From positions 36,024,001 to 36,088,000 of the forward strand of contig CM119372.1 in the NCBI GenBank assembly GCA_051294905.1: a DNA stretch of 64,000 nt, written 5' to 3'. Numbering within the stretch: the first letter of the stretch is position 1; each line of letters begins with the position of its first letter. Source of the stretch: Botryllus schlosseri. Taxonomy: Eukaryota. The translations under genes and the position numbers were made by a program. Shown here piece by piece: positions 63,223 through 64,000 of this stretch. The notes beneath the pieces were generated by a model. It was not told the origin of the DNA and did not search any database. It was given only the letters and a program-made list of their open reading frames with translations.

Positions 63223-63521
63223 ATGTGGGGGTGCCCAACCCAAAAATTTGACGTGATAGAGAAGAACGGAAGTCATTTTTAAATTCAGCGCCCAGAAGTT
63301 AGTCAAAGTTAACAAAAACTGTGTTGACCAGTGTAATTCGTCACTGAAAATTGTGATTTGACCTTGGGCGCGACGACCTCTTGTAGACTTACCCGAACTC
63401 TTGGCTGAATGAGTAATACAATAAAAATGACTCGAGTTGAGTCGGGTCGAACGTTAAAATCAGAGCAGGACTTGTGACTCAGAACGCCGTGAGTTGGAAC
63501 TACCACTGACGCAACGAACTA

Positions 63522-64000
63522 CACTGGTCTACAAATTTCAAGACAAAAAAAAGCTAGCGAAAAAAATCCTAATTATTAATATAGGCTAATTTTAGGTTGC
63601 TGAATCCGAGTCTGTGCTCAGAATTTCTCTATCAGGTCAGAATTTTTGGGTATGTATTTTTCTCATTTTCATAAAATAATCAAATTTCGGCTTTCGTTAG
63701 TGACATTACGGTCAACGTACAACAGCATTAGATCAAATTTTGTTATTGAAAACATCTATAATGATGGGACCTGGGTTGTTATTGAACAGAATAAGTCTCT
63801 TTTCGGTAAACTTGAATCCAGTGGTTCTCTTTTTCTTTCAATCAGGACCTCTTTTCGGTTCATGAAATCATATGTGGACGCAACCATTTTCAGTCGGTAG
63901 CAGTTATAACTTTTTGTACCACTCTGGCTACATAAGTTACGCGTGCTGAAGGCGGTCAAAAATGTTTCCATCGTTTACGACGTCATAATGACGCATTTGA
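63522..64000. mobile_element. Terminus of a second Chapaev3-like element (runs off the window)
   Basis: Starts CACTGGTCTACA and carries TGCTGAATCC...TCTATCAGGTCA, similar to the ends of 40700-63333. The other end is not visible. Confidence 0.55.

Larger units (their letters stand above)
40700..63333 (+). mobile_element. Decayed Chapaev3 (CMC) transposon, expanded by nested insertions
   Basis: Ends CAGTGGGCAACA / TGTTGACCAGTG; 3-bp TSD taa (40697-40699, 63334-63336). The subterminal TCTATCACGTC|AAGTTTTTG reassembles across the 40812-60025 insertion and mirrors 63242-63261. Confidence 0.8.

Overview
Intron-rich, transposon-dense animal genomic DNA. It is probably a marine invertebrate; a tunicate is my guess and cannot be proven from the window. 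There are two host genes, both missed by the ORF track. (1) A minus-strand NACHT/NLR-like P-loop NTPase gene runs off the left edge. Its upstream phase-1 exons include two paralogous N/Q/V-rich RHIM-like (candidate amyloid) motifs. (2) A complete six-exon GPX4-type selenoprotein gene (32813-37290) has an in-frame UGA, a SECIS element, an unusual U-L-K-T active site and a signal-peptide-like N-terminal extension. Most of the rest is mobile DNA. There is an intact hATm transposon nested in MITEs, an Academ-like long-TIR element, many hAT MITEs with target-site duplications (TSDs), and LINE fossils. There is also a triple nest: a Chapaev3 fossil contains a 19.2-kb element with Polinton/Maverick-type ends and a 6-bp TSD. 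That element has no recognisable Polinton genes and is instead a giant imperfect palindrome with arms of about 6.3 kb. It in turn contains a very young Ty3/Gypsy retrotransposon with a textbook -1 frameshift signal. Exon models and family calls were read by eye and have not been checked against databases.
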